Source: Bdellovibrionales bacterium
GTDB taxonomy: Bacteria > Pseudomonadota > Alphaproteobacteria > UBA9219
DNA length: 64,000 bases
Direction: 5' to 3'
Assembly (NCBI GenBank): GCA_040275305.1
Contig: JBEOJY010000005.1
Location: forward strand, 393 to 64,392
Part shown: positions 40,775 to 49,479 of the stretch, in pieces
Layout of the letters: every line of letters starts with the position of its first letter
Numbering within the stretch: the first letter of the stretch is position 1
Program-made: the position numbers and the translations under genes
Notes under the pieces: model-generated
The model's input: the letters and a program-made list of their open reading frames with translations, nothing else
Told to the model about the DNA's origin: nothing
Databases searched by the model: none

Positions 40775-40791
40775 TGCAAGCGGTGTGCCAA
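40775..40791 (-). promoter_or_regulatory. Sigma-54 (-24/-12) promoter of flgE-flgK-flgL
   Basis: Minus strand TTGGCACACCGCTTGCA matches TGGCAC-N5-TTGCA. Confidence 0.85.
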
Positions 40792-41120
40792 CAGAGAGGG
40801 GTGCCCGGCTTTGGGCCTAAGAAGCGCTTGGCAGTTACGAAAACGCTGAAAATCCTTTGACGCAGTGAGATTCTGATAGGTTCTTACTGTTTCGCTGTAG
40901 AATCGGACAGCGATCCGCGATCGAAAAGATTATGGACGAGGTTGCCGTTTAGTGAGCATAATCAGGGAAAATGGGGGGTATTTTAGCTAATATGGCTTGA
41001 AATCTTTATGCCGGATTCACCCGTTTGGGGCATAATGGGAAACGTAGAAATTTTTAGTGGTCATGCGAATAGCGCGTAGCAAATTTAAGATAGAGTATTT
41101 TAAGGTTAGGGAGATGCTTC

Positions 41121-41345
41121 ATGGCTAACATTGATAGCGTTTCAACTGCGCAAGCCGCATCAGCGCCTCCGCCTGCGCGGCCTGTGCGGCAAGAAGCCGA
41201 GCCACCTGCACAGGAACTTCCTCCTCCGCCGCCGCCTGTGGCTCCTGCCGCGCCGCAGGATCAGGCTGCAAGCGTTATCTATACCGCGCTTGCGAGCGCG
41301 AGCGCCTCGACGATACGCGGCGGATCGGTCAATACGTCGGCTTAA
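41121..41345 (+). CDS. Small Pro/Ala-rich hypothetical protein, divergent from flgE
   Basis: gggag RBS; 74 aa; C-terminal IRGGSVNTSA. Confidence 0.6.
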   Translation: MANIDSVSTAQAASAPPPARPVRQEAEPPAQELPPPPPPVAPAAPQDQAASVIYTALASASASTIRGGSVNTSA

Positions 41346-41351
41346 TCAGGT

Positions 41352-41544
41352 CTAGCAGTCCGCTGAAAAACACTTTTGGAGGTGGTTACGCTTATAGAAA
41401 AAGGAAAATGGGATGCCCGCCTTCGCGGGCATGACGCTTGTTTTTATTGAGAAAGTTTTCTCAACTAGCGCCGTCACACCCGCGAAGGCGGGTGTCCCAT
41501 TTGGTTCTTATGCCTTCCTGATGGGTTTTTCAGCAGACTGCTAG
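41352..41544. mobile_element. MITE family B (CTAG-bounded, IS5/IS1182-like ends) with REP-like cargo
   Basis: ctagcagtccgctgaaaaac ... gtttttcagcagactgctag; internal inverted pair gggatgcccgccttcgcgggcatgac / gtcacacccgcgaaggcgggtgtccc. Confidence 0.75.
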
Positions 41545-41644
41545 AGCCGTTTTAATCATAGGTAGCTCCCAACATATTTATGTTCTGACTTAGCGGCCCC
41601 TTGCGCGAGGCATGGGATGTCGCGAGCGGCGCGGCGCTGCTACA

Positions 41645-43267
41645 TCACAAACATAGGCGGGTTTCGTAAAGGTCGGGCAGGTCGTTTTCGAGCAGGACGA
41701 CGTCGTTTGCGCGCAGGTTTTGGCCTAGCCATAAACGCGCGGCGGCGAAGGATGGGACAGGTTGGATCAGTTTTTGCGGTTCGACGGATTGGAAGCCTTC
41801 GACGAAAGTTGGTATGCGGTCGGCTGCGACCGCCAGAACGATGTCGGCATATTTTGCCGCCTCGCGTCCTAGTTCGCGGTGCGCTTGGTCGTGTTTGTCA
41901 CCCATCTCCACAAGGCCGGGCGTTACGAGGATGCAACGGCCTTTTTGTGTTTCTCCTAGTTGTCTCAGAAGCTTCAGCGCTGATTTGAAGCCGAGCGGGT
42001 TCGCGTTATAGGCGTCGTCGATCGTGAAGGTTCCGTCCGTTTGCGGTTTGACTTCTAGGCGGTGTTGGATTTGCGGAACGGTGCGAAGGGCCGCGCTGGC
42101 GCGTTCGGCGGGGATGCCGAGCGAGAGCGCGGTCGCGAAGGCTAGAGCGACGTTGCCGACGTGATGCTCGCCATAGAGGGGGACGAACAGGGCGTGCGTA
42201 TGACCTTGATGGCGCATGCTTATGGTTAGGCCGGTCGCGGTTTGTTCGAATTTTTCGATGACCATATCGGCGTCGGGGCTTTGGCCGCAGACGATAAAGC
42301 GCGCGCGTTCCCGCGCGACGAATTCTCGCGCGTAGTCTTGCGCCAGCACGCTTTCATGGATGATAATGGGCTGCTTTGCGTTGGCGAGGACGGCTTCGGC
42401 TAACTCGAATTTGGTTCGCGCGACGTTGTCGAGCGTTTTGAAGCGTTCGACGTGCGCTTCGCCGATGGCGGTGATGATCCCGGCCTTTGGCGGCGTGAGA
42501 TCGCACAGTCGCGCGATGGAGCCGCGCCCGTAGGCCCCCATTTCGACGATGAAGAATTTGCACCCGTCGTCTAGATTTTCGCGGATGATGCGCGAAACTC
42601 CCATCAGGGTGTTGACGCTTCCCGGCGTGTAGAGCGTCGGCGCGTTGACGCGCAGGATGTGTCCGAGGATGTGCTTGACGGAAGTTTTGCCGAAGGAGCC
42701 AGTCACGCCGACAGTTTCGGGGTTGACTTCGGCTAATCTTGCGCGAGCTTCGTCCATGATCTTCTTTTTTATGGCCTGTTCGAAGGGGCTGAGGAGGCCG
42801 TTGCCCCAGGTCAACATCAGGGGGATTATTTGAATCGCGAGAATCCAGATCAATGGGGTCGGTAGCGCGGAGAGGGGATAGGTGGCGAGCAGGCAGAGCG
42901 CGAAGGCCAGCGCGTGGATCCGCTTGGCGCGGCTCGTCATCACGAGCTTCTTTTTAGCGGCCTTTATGGGATTTTGCTCGCGAAGGGCGGCTGTCAAGAA
43001 CAGCAAGGCGAAGCTTAGGCCTGCCAGCAGGGTTAGCATGCGCGGTTGCAGCGCCGTGAAGCGGTGTAGGGCATAGAGCGCGCCGGAGAGCAGAGCGGCG
43101 TTGAGGGTCGCGCGTTGGTCGAACGAGCGCGTTTTGATCAGCCAGCGCAGGAAGCGGGGGCTGTCATATTCTTCCTGTTGATAGATATGGAGGTAGGTCA
43201 AGAGTCTGCGCCATGCGAAGAAGGCGAAGGCGGCTAGCGCCAGCAAGGAGGCAAGTACGGTCATCAA
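41645..43267 (-). CDS. murF: Membrane-anchored MurF-like Mur ligase
   Basis: 4-5 N-terminal TM helices with QQEEY; GVTGSFGKTSVK P-loop, VEMGAY, DDAYNANP, TPGLVEMG, C-terminal ENDLPD. Confidence 0.75.
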   Translation of the reverse strand: MMTVLASLLALAAFAFFAWRRLLTYLHIYQQEEYDSPRFLRWLIKTRSFDQRATLNAALLSGALYALHRFTALQPRMLTLLAGLSFALLFLTAALREQNPIKAAKKKLVMTSRAKRIHALAFALCLLATYPLSALPTPLIWILAIQIIPLMLTWGNGLLSPFEQAIKKKIMDEARARLAEVNPETVGVTGSFGKTSVKHILGHILRVNAPTLYTPGSVNTLMGVSRIIRENLDDGCKFFIVEMGAYGRGSIARLCDLTPPKAGIITAIGEAHVERFKTLDNVARTKFELAEAVLANAKQPIIIHESVLAQDYAREFVARERARFIVCGQSPDADMVIEKFEQTATGLTISMRHQGHTHALFVPLYGEHHVGNVALAFATALSLGIPAERASAALRTVPQIQHRLEVKPQTDGTFTIDDAYNANPLGFKSALKLLRQLGETQKGRCILVTPGLVEMGDKHDQAHRELGREAAKYADIVLAVAADRIPTFVEGFQSVEPQKLIQPVPSFAAARLWLGQNLRANDVVLLENDLPDLYETRLCL

Positions 43268-44049
43268 CGCTTATCCATCGTTTCCATGAAGGCGAGCAAC
43301 TTTTTTAGCATGGTATGCCGTCCAGTGTTTAGCACGGTGTAGTGGTCCTGTTGTGGAAGAATGGAGAGTTCCGCGTTTGGGATCAAGCGGCGGTAGGATT
43401 TGCCTATATCCGGAGGGGCTTCGGTATCATCGCCGCCATAGACAAGCTGCGTGGGGCAGGTCACGCGGCGGGCTTGTTCCGAAAGGTTTTCACGGACGAC
43501 GTTGACAAAAATGGGGCGCATAGGGCCGGCGTTGCGGTAGTCCGAGCTGCCGAATTTTTCGCGCAGCTTGTCGATGTCCTGATGGATCAGCGGCGCTATA
43601 TGTTTCAGCGTTTTGAACGCGGCGACACGCGCGCGCATTCTGAGCGTCTGCATGAGCGTGCGATGGCGGGGAAGTCCTGCTGCGGCGATCAAGAACAGGC
43701 CGTCCACGAGGTTGGGATGACGCGCCGCGAGTTGGATTCCTACACGGCCTCCGAAGGAGTGGCCGACCCAGAGGATGGTTTTGAGGTTGGGCTTTGCCCG
43801 ATAGGGGGCGAGCAGTTCCGCCATGGCGTCGGCATATTCCGCCGTCGTCCAGTTATCGGGCGGTTTGGGCGACTGGCCGAAGCCGGGGAAGTCTATCTGG
43901 AGATGCGCGGCGCGGGGGGCCAGCGCTTGCGCGCAGGCGTCGAAGGCGTGGCCGTCATGTCCCCAGCCATGGCCCCAGACGATCAGCGTTGAGGCTTGAT
44001 CGACGGGGAGGCCGGAGAGCGTTTGCGCGATGGGGAGGGTAGCAGTCAT
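43264..44049 (-). CDS. Alpha/beta hydrolase
   Basis: HGWG, DFPGFG, GHSFGG nucleophile elbow, GGDD (Asp), DH (His); 4-bp overlap with the murF-like gene. Confidence 0.9.
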   Translation of the reverse strand: MTATLPIAQTLSGLPVDQASTLIVWGHGWGHDGHAFDACAQALAPRAAHLQIDFPGFGQSPKPPDNWTTAEYADAMAELLAPYRAKPNLKTILWVGHSFGGRVGIQLAARHPNLVDGLFLIAAAGLPRHRTLMQTLRMRARVAAFKTLKHIAPLIHQDIDKLREKFGSSDYRNAGPMRPIFVNVVRENLSEQARRVTCPTQLVYGGDDTEAPPDIGKSYRRLIPNAELSILPQQDHYTVLNTGRHTMLKKLLAFMETMDKR

Positions 44050-44140
44050 GCTCTTTGAACAACATCGGATTCCGCATCTTCTCATTCAGCTTTGTTGAAT
44101 GCGTCGCGCGGAATGACCGCCCTTTCTGCTTTTCAAGATT

Positions 44141-45013
44141 TCATCGGGACTGAGTATATTCAAGCGTGACCTGTATAAACAGGGGACAAATCTCCTCTAC
44201 AGGTTCCGGGCTTTCCGTATACCCATACCATGCGGATCGGGGAGCGTCAGCAAGGCGGAGTTCTTGGGCGTGGAAGACGTGCATCTGGTCGCCAAAATCG
44301 AAGTGCCAGAATTCGAGCGGGTAGTTGACGAAGCCTTCGCGGGTCATGGCTTGGTGGAGAATACGCCTGTTGACAAGAGCTGGGTGGGTTTCGCTGATTT
44401 CTTCATCTTCATATCGGCGCTCATAGGCGTCGGTATAGACGATGGGCGAAAGCTCGTCGAAACGTCCTCCCATATCGAGCCGATGCCCTGAAGCGATTTC
44501 TTCCAGCGTGACGTCGACTGCGCCTCCGCAGGCGTGCACGGGCCATGTCGTAGGATCGTCGCGATTGAATCTTGTTGGGTCTGATACGATCTTGAGCATG
44601 GTTTGCTTGCGCTCTTCAGCGGTTGCGTTCGGCATATCCCGCTGTGTTTGGCGGTCGAAGAACGTCCACAGACCTTGCTGGCACGCGACGCTACGATAAG
44701 CGTCGAGAACCACCACCCGGGTTCCTATGGATTCCAGTCTTTGGTTTATCTTGACGAGTTTCTCAGCGACGGCGCGGCGGCACCAGACATGCCGGGTTGC
44801 GCCTTCAATTGGGGCGTTATATGGCCAATTTTTACCATCGTCACGCGCGTAGAAATTTTCGCAGGCGATGCCGTAGTCTTCCAGCTTGACGAGCGGTTCA
44901 CTGGATCGGGGATCGTTCGCGTCGAAGGGAACGTCGTGGTAGGTTCCAACATCTGGAGGCGTGTTGAGGATCGGGATGCGATAATCCGGTGACGGCGAGC
45001 GTTTTGTCGGCAT
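44141..45013 (-). CDS. D-Ala-D-Ala dipeptidase (VanX/DdpX, peptidase M15D)
   Basis: LDAYRS, HACGGAVDVT, DMGGRFDE and EFWHFDFGD Zn-binding motifs; start at ATG 45013, upstream ORF extension is antisense to ddl. Confidence 0.85.
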   Translation of the reverse strand: MPTKRSPSPDYRIPILNTPPDVGTYHDVPFDANDPRSSEPLVKLEDYGIACENFYARDDGKNWPYNAPIEGATRHVWCRRAVAEKLVKINQRLESIGTRVVVLDAYRSVACQQGLWTFFDRQTQRDMPNATAEERKQTMLKIVSDPTRFNRDDPTTWPVHACGGAVDVTLEEIASGHRLDMGGRFDELSPIVYTDAYERRYEDEEISETHPALVNRRILHQAMTREGFVNYPLEFWHFDFGDQMHVFHAQELRLADAPRSAWYGYTESPEPVEEICPLFIQVTLEYTQSR

Positions 45014-45088
45014 TGACTTTCTCTTGCGGCTGTTATCATCCTTGGCAGCGCTGTTTCCGGTTTTCTCCAGCCAAGGCTTTTCATACCG

Positions 45089-46321
45089 ATGACCAGTCAG
45101 AAAACAAGAGTTCTCGTTCTTTTCGGCGGGCGCTCGCCTGAACATGACGTTAGCATTATTTCGGGCCTGCAGGCTATGGCGGCGCTTGATCCGGAACGCT
45201 ACGAGGCTATTCCGCTCTATATCGCGCCGGATGGGGCGTGGCTGGTTGGTGAAGCTTTGCGCGAGCGCGGGTTCTATATCCCAAGCGAGGAGCAGCGCGC
45301 GGAGAAATTGACGCCAGTTACGCTGAATTTGACACCCGGCAAGACGCCTTATCTTGTTACGCGGCCACGCTCGGTCTGGCAGAAGGCCAGAACCATTCCG
45401 TTCGATGTCGCGATGCCCGTCTTTCATGGACTGGTGGGCGAAGATGGCCAGATTCAGGGGCTGTTCGAGGTGGCGGGCGCGCCGTATGTGGGCATGCGCA
45501 CGATGGCTTCGGCGGTGCTGATGGACAAGGCTGCGACCAAGCGCATGATGGCGGGCACGGGAGTTCCGCAGCTTGCCTACCATGAAATTCGACGGCCAGC
45601 TCAGGGCGTTTTATTGACAGTCAACGAACTGGAACCGATTTTGAAGGGGGCGACGTTTCCGGCCTGCATCAAGCCCGCGCATCTGGGCAGCAGCATCGGA
45701 GTCGCGCAGGTCAAAAATCTTCAGGAGGTTTCGGACGTGCTGGCGGCCAGCATTTTTCCTTATGACGATTTGGCTTTGTTGGAGCCGTTCGTCGAGAATC
45801 TTGTCGAATACAATGTCGCCGTGTGCCGCGTGAAAGGGAAGATCGTAACCTCAGCGATCGAACGGCCCAAGCGGTCGAGCGAGTTGTTGGACTTCAAGAC
45901 GAAATATATGTCGGGAGGCAACGGCAAGCAGGGCGGCGGAAAAGCAGGCGGCGCGAAGACTCCGGGCCAGAGCAGCGAGGGGATGTTGTCGCTTACGCGA
46001 GAGATCAACCCCAAGATTCCAGAGGCGTTCGAAGCTAATCTGCGCAAGTGGGCGGTGGAGGTCTTTTCCTGCGTCGTCGGGTCCGGCGCGCCGCGCCTTG
46101 ATTTCATGTGCAACAGCGCGACGGGCGAGGCGTGGTTTAACGAGGCTAATCCGTGTCCGGGATCGTTCGGCTATTTCCTGTGGGAGGCCGCGACACGGAA
46201 TCCGATGTTGTTTTCGGAGCTGCTTGACAATCTCATCGCCGAGGCGCTGGAGCTGCACAGACGCGCACAGATTCCGCTCGATCCGACGCCTCAAGAGGCG
46301 CGGTTGTTTCCGAGAAAGTAA
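45089..46321 (+). CDS. ddl: D-alanine-D-alanine ligase family protein (divergent)
   Basis: FGGRSPEHDVSIISG, HGLVGEDG, MDK, KPAHLGSSIGV, LLDFKTKY and NEANPCPGS motifs. Confidence 0.85.
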   Translation: MTSQKTRVLVLFGGRSPEHDVSIISGLQAMAALDPERYEAIPLYIAPDGAWLVGEALRERGFYIPSEEQRAEKLTPVTLNLTPGKTPYLVTRPRSVWQKARTIPFDVAMPVFHGLVGEDGQIQGLFEVAGAPYVGMRTMASAVLMDKAATKRMMAGTGVPQLAYHEIRRPAQGVLLTVNELEPILKGATFPACIKPAHLGSSIGVAQVKNLQEVSDVLAASIFPYDDLALLEPFVENLVEYNVAVCRVKGKIVTSAIERPKRSSELLDFKTKYMSGGNGKQGGGKAGGAKTPGQSSEGMLSLTREINPKIPEAFEANLRKWAVEVFSCVVGSGAPRLDFMCNSATGEAWFNEANPCPGSFGYFLWEAATRNPMLFSELLDNLIAEALELHRRAQIPLDPTPQEARLFPRK

Positions 46322-46325
46322 CGGG

Positions 46326-48572
46326 TCAGTCGGTTTGACGGAATTCGTTAGAGAAGGACCCTCCGGTCGCCGAGTCTGTTTGCGCGCCGCCGAGGTTTTT
46401 CAGGAAGAGATGGAATACGACGGATGTTCCATTTTTCGTGTCGGCGCGGGTTGTGTTGTCATGCGCAACCGTGACGCCAAAAATAAAACATTCGTCCGTG
46501 TAGCTTAATCCAACTGTCGTGGTGCGGGGGCCGGGTTGTGGGTTGAAGACATGCACATGGCTTGCGGTGAAATCCCAGTATTTGGCGAAGTGCGCGTTAA
46601 AACCTGGGATGATTTCGTCGACCTTGCTGGTTGCGCCTGTGGTGTCAAGGTGATAGCCGGAGATGTAGCGGATGTATGGGCGGAAAGCGCGGGTGCCGAT
46701 TGAGACGCGGGCGTCCTGAAACTGCGGCGCGAGAGTCGCATGATCGAGACGGAAACCGTAATTCGCTTCGAACCATGATGTCGGGCGAAGATCTAGGCGT
46801 CCCACATAGTCCGACCAGTGGTTGCGAAGCCCTGATAGTCCGGGGAAATTATCGTTACGGCTGAAATTGTAGCTCTGGCCGCCGAACAGCTCCATGCGCG
46901 CGCCGCCTTGCGAGGTGACGGATTGCCGCAGACCGTAAGTCGCGCGGGTGCCGCCTTCGAACAGATCGTTGCCGTTGAAACGGTTGGAGGCGAACAGGTT
47001 GGTTTCGTCGAACTGCACGTTGAGGCTGTCTTCGTTTGGTTGCTTCTGAGAGACCGTGACATCGGGCGCGGCGGTCAGTTGGAGAATCGGTTCGACCAAA
47101 TGCTGGTAGCCTTTGCCGTTGCGCATAAGCGGATAACGCATTGTGGCGCTGGCCTGTTCGAACTGGCGGGCCATGGCGACATTGTTGTAGACGGCATTCG
47201 ATCCGTCGGTCGCAATGACGTTGTCCGCCCACCAAGCATTGACTCTGCCTTGCGCGTTGAGGTCTGTCACAAGGCCGATATCCGAGATCAGGCGGCGATC
47301 CCATCCGGCTTTGAGCGTAAGTCTGCGCGTGTTGGGTCCTTGTTGCCATAAAGCCTGATTGGCGTTGTCACGGGAGGTGACAAGCAATCCGCCGTCGAAC
47401 GACCAACGTCCGCCCAAGGTTTGGCCAGGCTCGCCCAAGGCGCTGAATTTGGCTTGCGGCAAGACCAGGGGTTGCACCTGTTGCGTGCCGGGGCGGAGAT
47501 CCTCGAACGCATAGGCGTTGATTGAGGCGAAGTTCCTTCCCCGGAATCCTTCCAGATAGGCGCGGCTGATCAGGTTGTCGGTCGATGTGATGCGGTAACG
47601 TTGGAGATAGCTTTTGTCCGAAGCGAAATTGACTTCGGTTCCCGCGCGCCAAACGTTGTCAATGTTATAGAGAAACGAGCCGAATAGGTGGCCGCGCCAT
47701 TGTTTGCCTCTGTCAATGCCTGTGTCGCTGATGAGCTCTGTGTGGACGAAGGAGCCGTCAAGATTCAGGAATCCATCGGCGAAGCGCTTACGGAAGGAGC
47801 TGCCCAGTTGGGCGGTGTCGTTGACGCTGAAAGTAGGCGCGATGACGGCGTCCATATCGGGCGCGATGTCGAAATAATACGGCACCCGCACGAAGCCGCC
47901 CAAGGTTTGCGATGTGCCGGGGGTAACCGTCAGGAGGCCTTGCCTACGCTTGACGGTTGGATCGGGGCCGGAGAGGTAGGGGGTGTAGAGGACGGGCACG
48001 CCTGCGAAATCAAGCGTCGCGTCGCGGTAGTAGATATCGTGCTCGACGTTGTCGTGCGTGACGGTTTCGGCGCGGATTTGCCATAGCGGCAGCTTGTCGG
48101 GATTTTCACGGCAGACATTGCACGACGTGTAGACGCCTTTGTCGGCTACGACATAGCGGCCTTCGTATCGTTGCACGCTGCGCGCGGCGAGGCGCGAATG
48201 GTCGGGGAACAGGATGCTGATGTTTTCGGCGAAGGCCCGTTTGAGGTCGCCTGTGACTTCTTCCGATTCCGCGAACTGCACTTCGCCGGAAGGGGCCAGC
48301 ATCACGACATGGCCTTCGGCGCGGGCGACCTGCGACCGTTGATTGTAGGTCACGCGGTCGGCTTTCAGGATATAGCCGTCGCGCGCGATTTCGACGTTGC
48401 CTTCCGCGATCAGCAGGCTGGCGTTCTGGTCCTGCATCATGTGGTTGGCGCTGATGAGCGTTTCGCTATCTTCACTGGCGGCGGTCGCAGGCGATGGCAT
48501 GGCCAGCCCGCAGTTTAAGGCGGCGGTCGTCGCAAGTAGCAGCAGGCGGTGGATGGTCGTCTTAGATCCCAT
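46326..48572 (-). CDS. lptD: LPS assembly protein LptD
   Basis: Signal peptide, AEGNV, YTSCNVC, PLWQIRA, PVLYTPY, RVPYYF, NEDS, YTDECF. Confidence 0.9.
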   Translation of the reverse strand: MGSKTTIHRLLLLATTAALNCGLAMPSPATAASEDSETLISANHMMQDQNASLLIAEGNVEIARDGYILKADRVTYNQRSQVARAEGHVVMLAPSGEVQFAESEEVTGDLKRAFAENISILFPDHSRLAARSVQRYEGRYVVADKGVYTSCNVCRENPDKLPLWQIRAETVTHDNVEHDIYYRDATLDFAGVPVLYTPYLSGPDPTVKRRQGLLTVTPGTSQTLGGFVRVPYYFDIAPDMDAVIAPTFSVNDTAQLGSSFRKRFADGFLNLDGSFVHTELISDTGIDRGKQWRGHLFGSFLYNIDNVWRAGTEVNFASDKSYLQRYRITSTDNLISRAYLEGFRGRNFASINAYAFEDLRPGTQQVQPLVLPQAKFSALGEPGQTLGGRWSFDGGLLVTSRDNANQALWQQGPNTRRLTLKAGWDRRLISDIGLVTDLNAQGRVNAWWADNVIATDGSNAVYNNVAMARQFEQASATMRYPLMRNGKGYQHLVEPILQLTAAPDVTVSQKQPNEDSLNVQFDETNLFASNRFNGNDLFEGGTRATYGLRQSVTSQGGARMELFGGQSYNFSRNDNFPGLSGLRNHWSDYVGRLDLRPTSWFEANYGFRLDHATLAPQFQDARVSIGTRAFRPYIRYISGYHLDTTGATSKVDEIIPGFNAHFAKYWDFTASHVHVFNPQPGPRTTTVGLSYTDECFIFGVTVAHDNTTRADTKNGTSVVFHLFLKNLGGAQTDSATGGSFSNEFRQTD

Positions 48573-48672
48573 GGCCTTATGGATTGCCAGATCGCGCGGG
48601 AGAGGACAAGGTGCAATAGGCGGTGGATTTGTTTCTTCTTTGAAGCTTTGCCAAGATATGCCTAGATAGGGC

Positions 48673-49479
48673 ATGGCGAATATGGATCACATTTCCTCGA
48701 CGGCGATGGTGCTGGCGGCGGGCATGGGCGTTAGGATGCGGCCTTTGACGCTGGAAAAGCCTAAGCCGTTGCTTGAGGTCGGCGGAAGGACGATGCTGGA
48801 TCTCGCGTTGGATCGGCTGGTGGAGGTTGGCATTCGGCGGGCCGTCGTTAATGCCTATTATCTCGGCAACATGATCGAGGCGCATGTGGCGCGGCGAAAC
48901 GATATTGAAATTGTCGTGTCGCGTGAGGCCGAATTGCTCGACACAGGCGGAGGAATCAGGAATGCGCTTGCTCAGTTTGGAGGCAAGCCCTTCTTTGCCT
49001 TGAACGCGGATTTGCCTTGGCGCGACATGGGCGATCCTGCGCTGGCAAGAATGGCGCGGGCGTGGGACGCGGCGGCGATGGACGCGCTTTTGCTTGTGAT
49101 GCCGACGCGCAAGGCCAGAGGGTTTTCGCCGGACGGTGATTTCGGGATGGATTTATCGGATGCGGCAGGATTGTCGATGGCCCCCCTCCCTAGCCCTCCC
49201 CACGAGGGGGAGGAAATCTCGCTGGGATTGTTGCGGCGGGCGGGTGTCGCGACACCGAGGCCGTATGTGATGCTGTCGGCGCAGATCGCGAAACCGGAGT
49301 TTTACGCGGCTATGCCTGAGCGCGTGTTTTCCAATAACCGGATTTGGGACGAGGCTGAGCGTAAGCAGCGGCTTTATGGGATTGTCCATGATGGCAGTTG
49401 CTATCACGTCGGCAGGCCCGAAGATTTGCTCCGCGCGAACGAGCTGTTGTCGTCCGGCGCAGGATGGGATGTTGCGTGA
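48673..49479 (+). CDS. murU: MurU-like nucleotidyltransferase (MurNAc-1-P uridylyltransferase)
   Basis: AMVLAAGMGVRMRPLT, PKPL, LLDTGGG, HVGRPE; directly upstream of addB. Confidence 0.8.
   Translation: MANMDHISSTAMVLAAGMGVRMRPLTLEKPKPLLEVGGRTMLDLALDRLVEVGIRRAVVNAYYLGNMIEAHVARRNDIEIVVSREAELLDTGGGIRNALAQFGGKPFFALNADLPWRDMGDPALARMARAWDAAAMDALLLVMPTRKARGFSPDGDFGMDLSDAAGLSMAPLPSPPHEGEEISLGLLRRAGVATPRPYVMLSAQIAKPEFYAAMPERVFSNNRIWDEAERKQRLYGIVHDGSCYHVGRPEDLLRANELLSSGAGWDVA
49175..49218 (+). repeat. CCCCTC-type palindrome arm, in frame inside murU
   Basis: Near-identical to intergenic 56245-56288. Confidence 0.8.

Noticed and set aside
45014-45583. Apparent 190-aa N-terminal extension of the VanX-like ORF
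   Set aside because: Mostly antisense to ddl; the likely start is ATG 45013.
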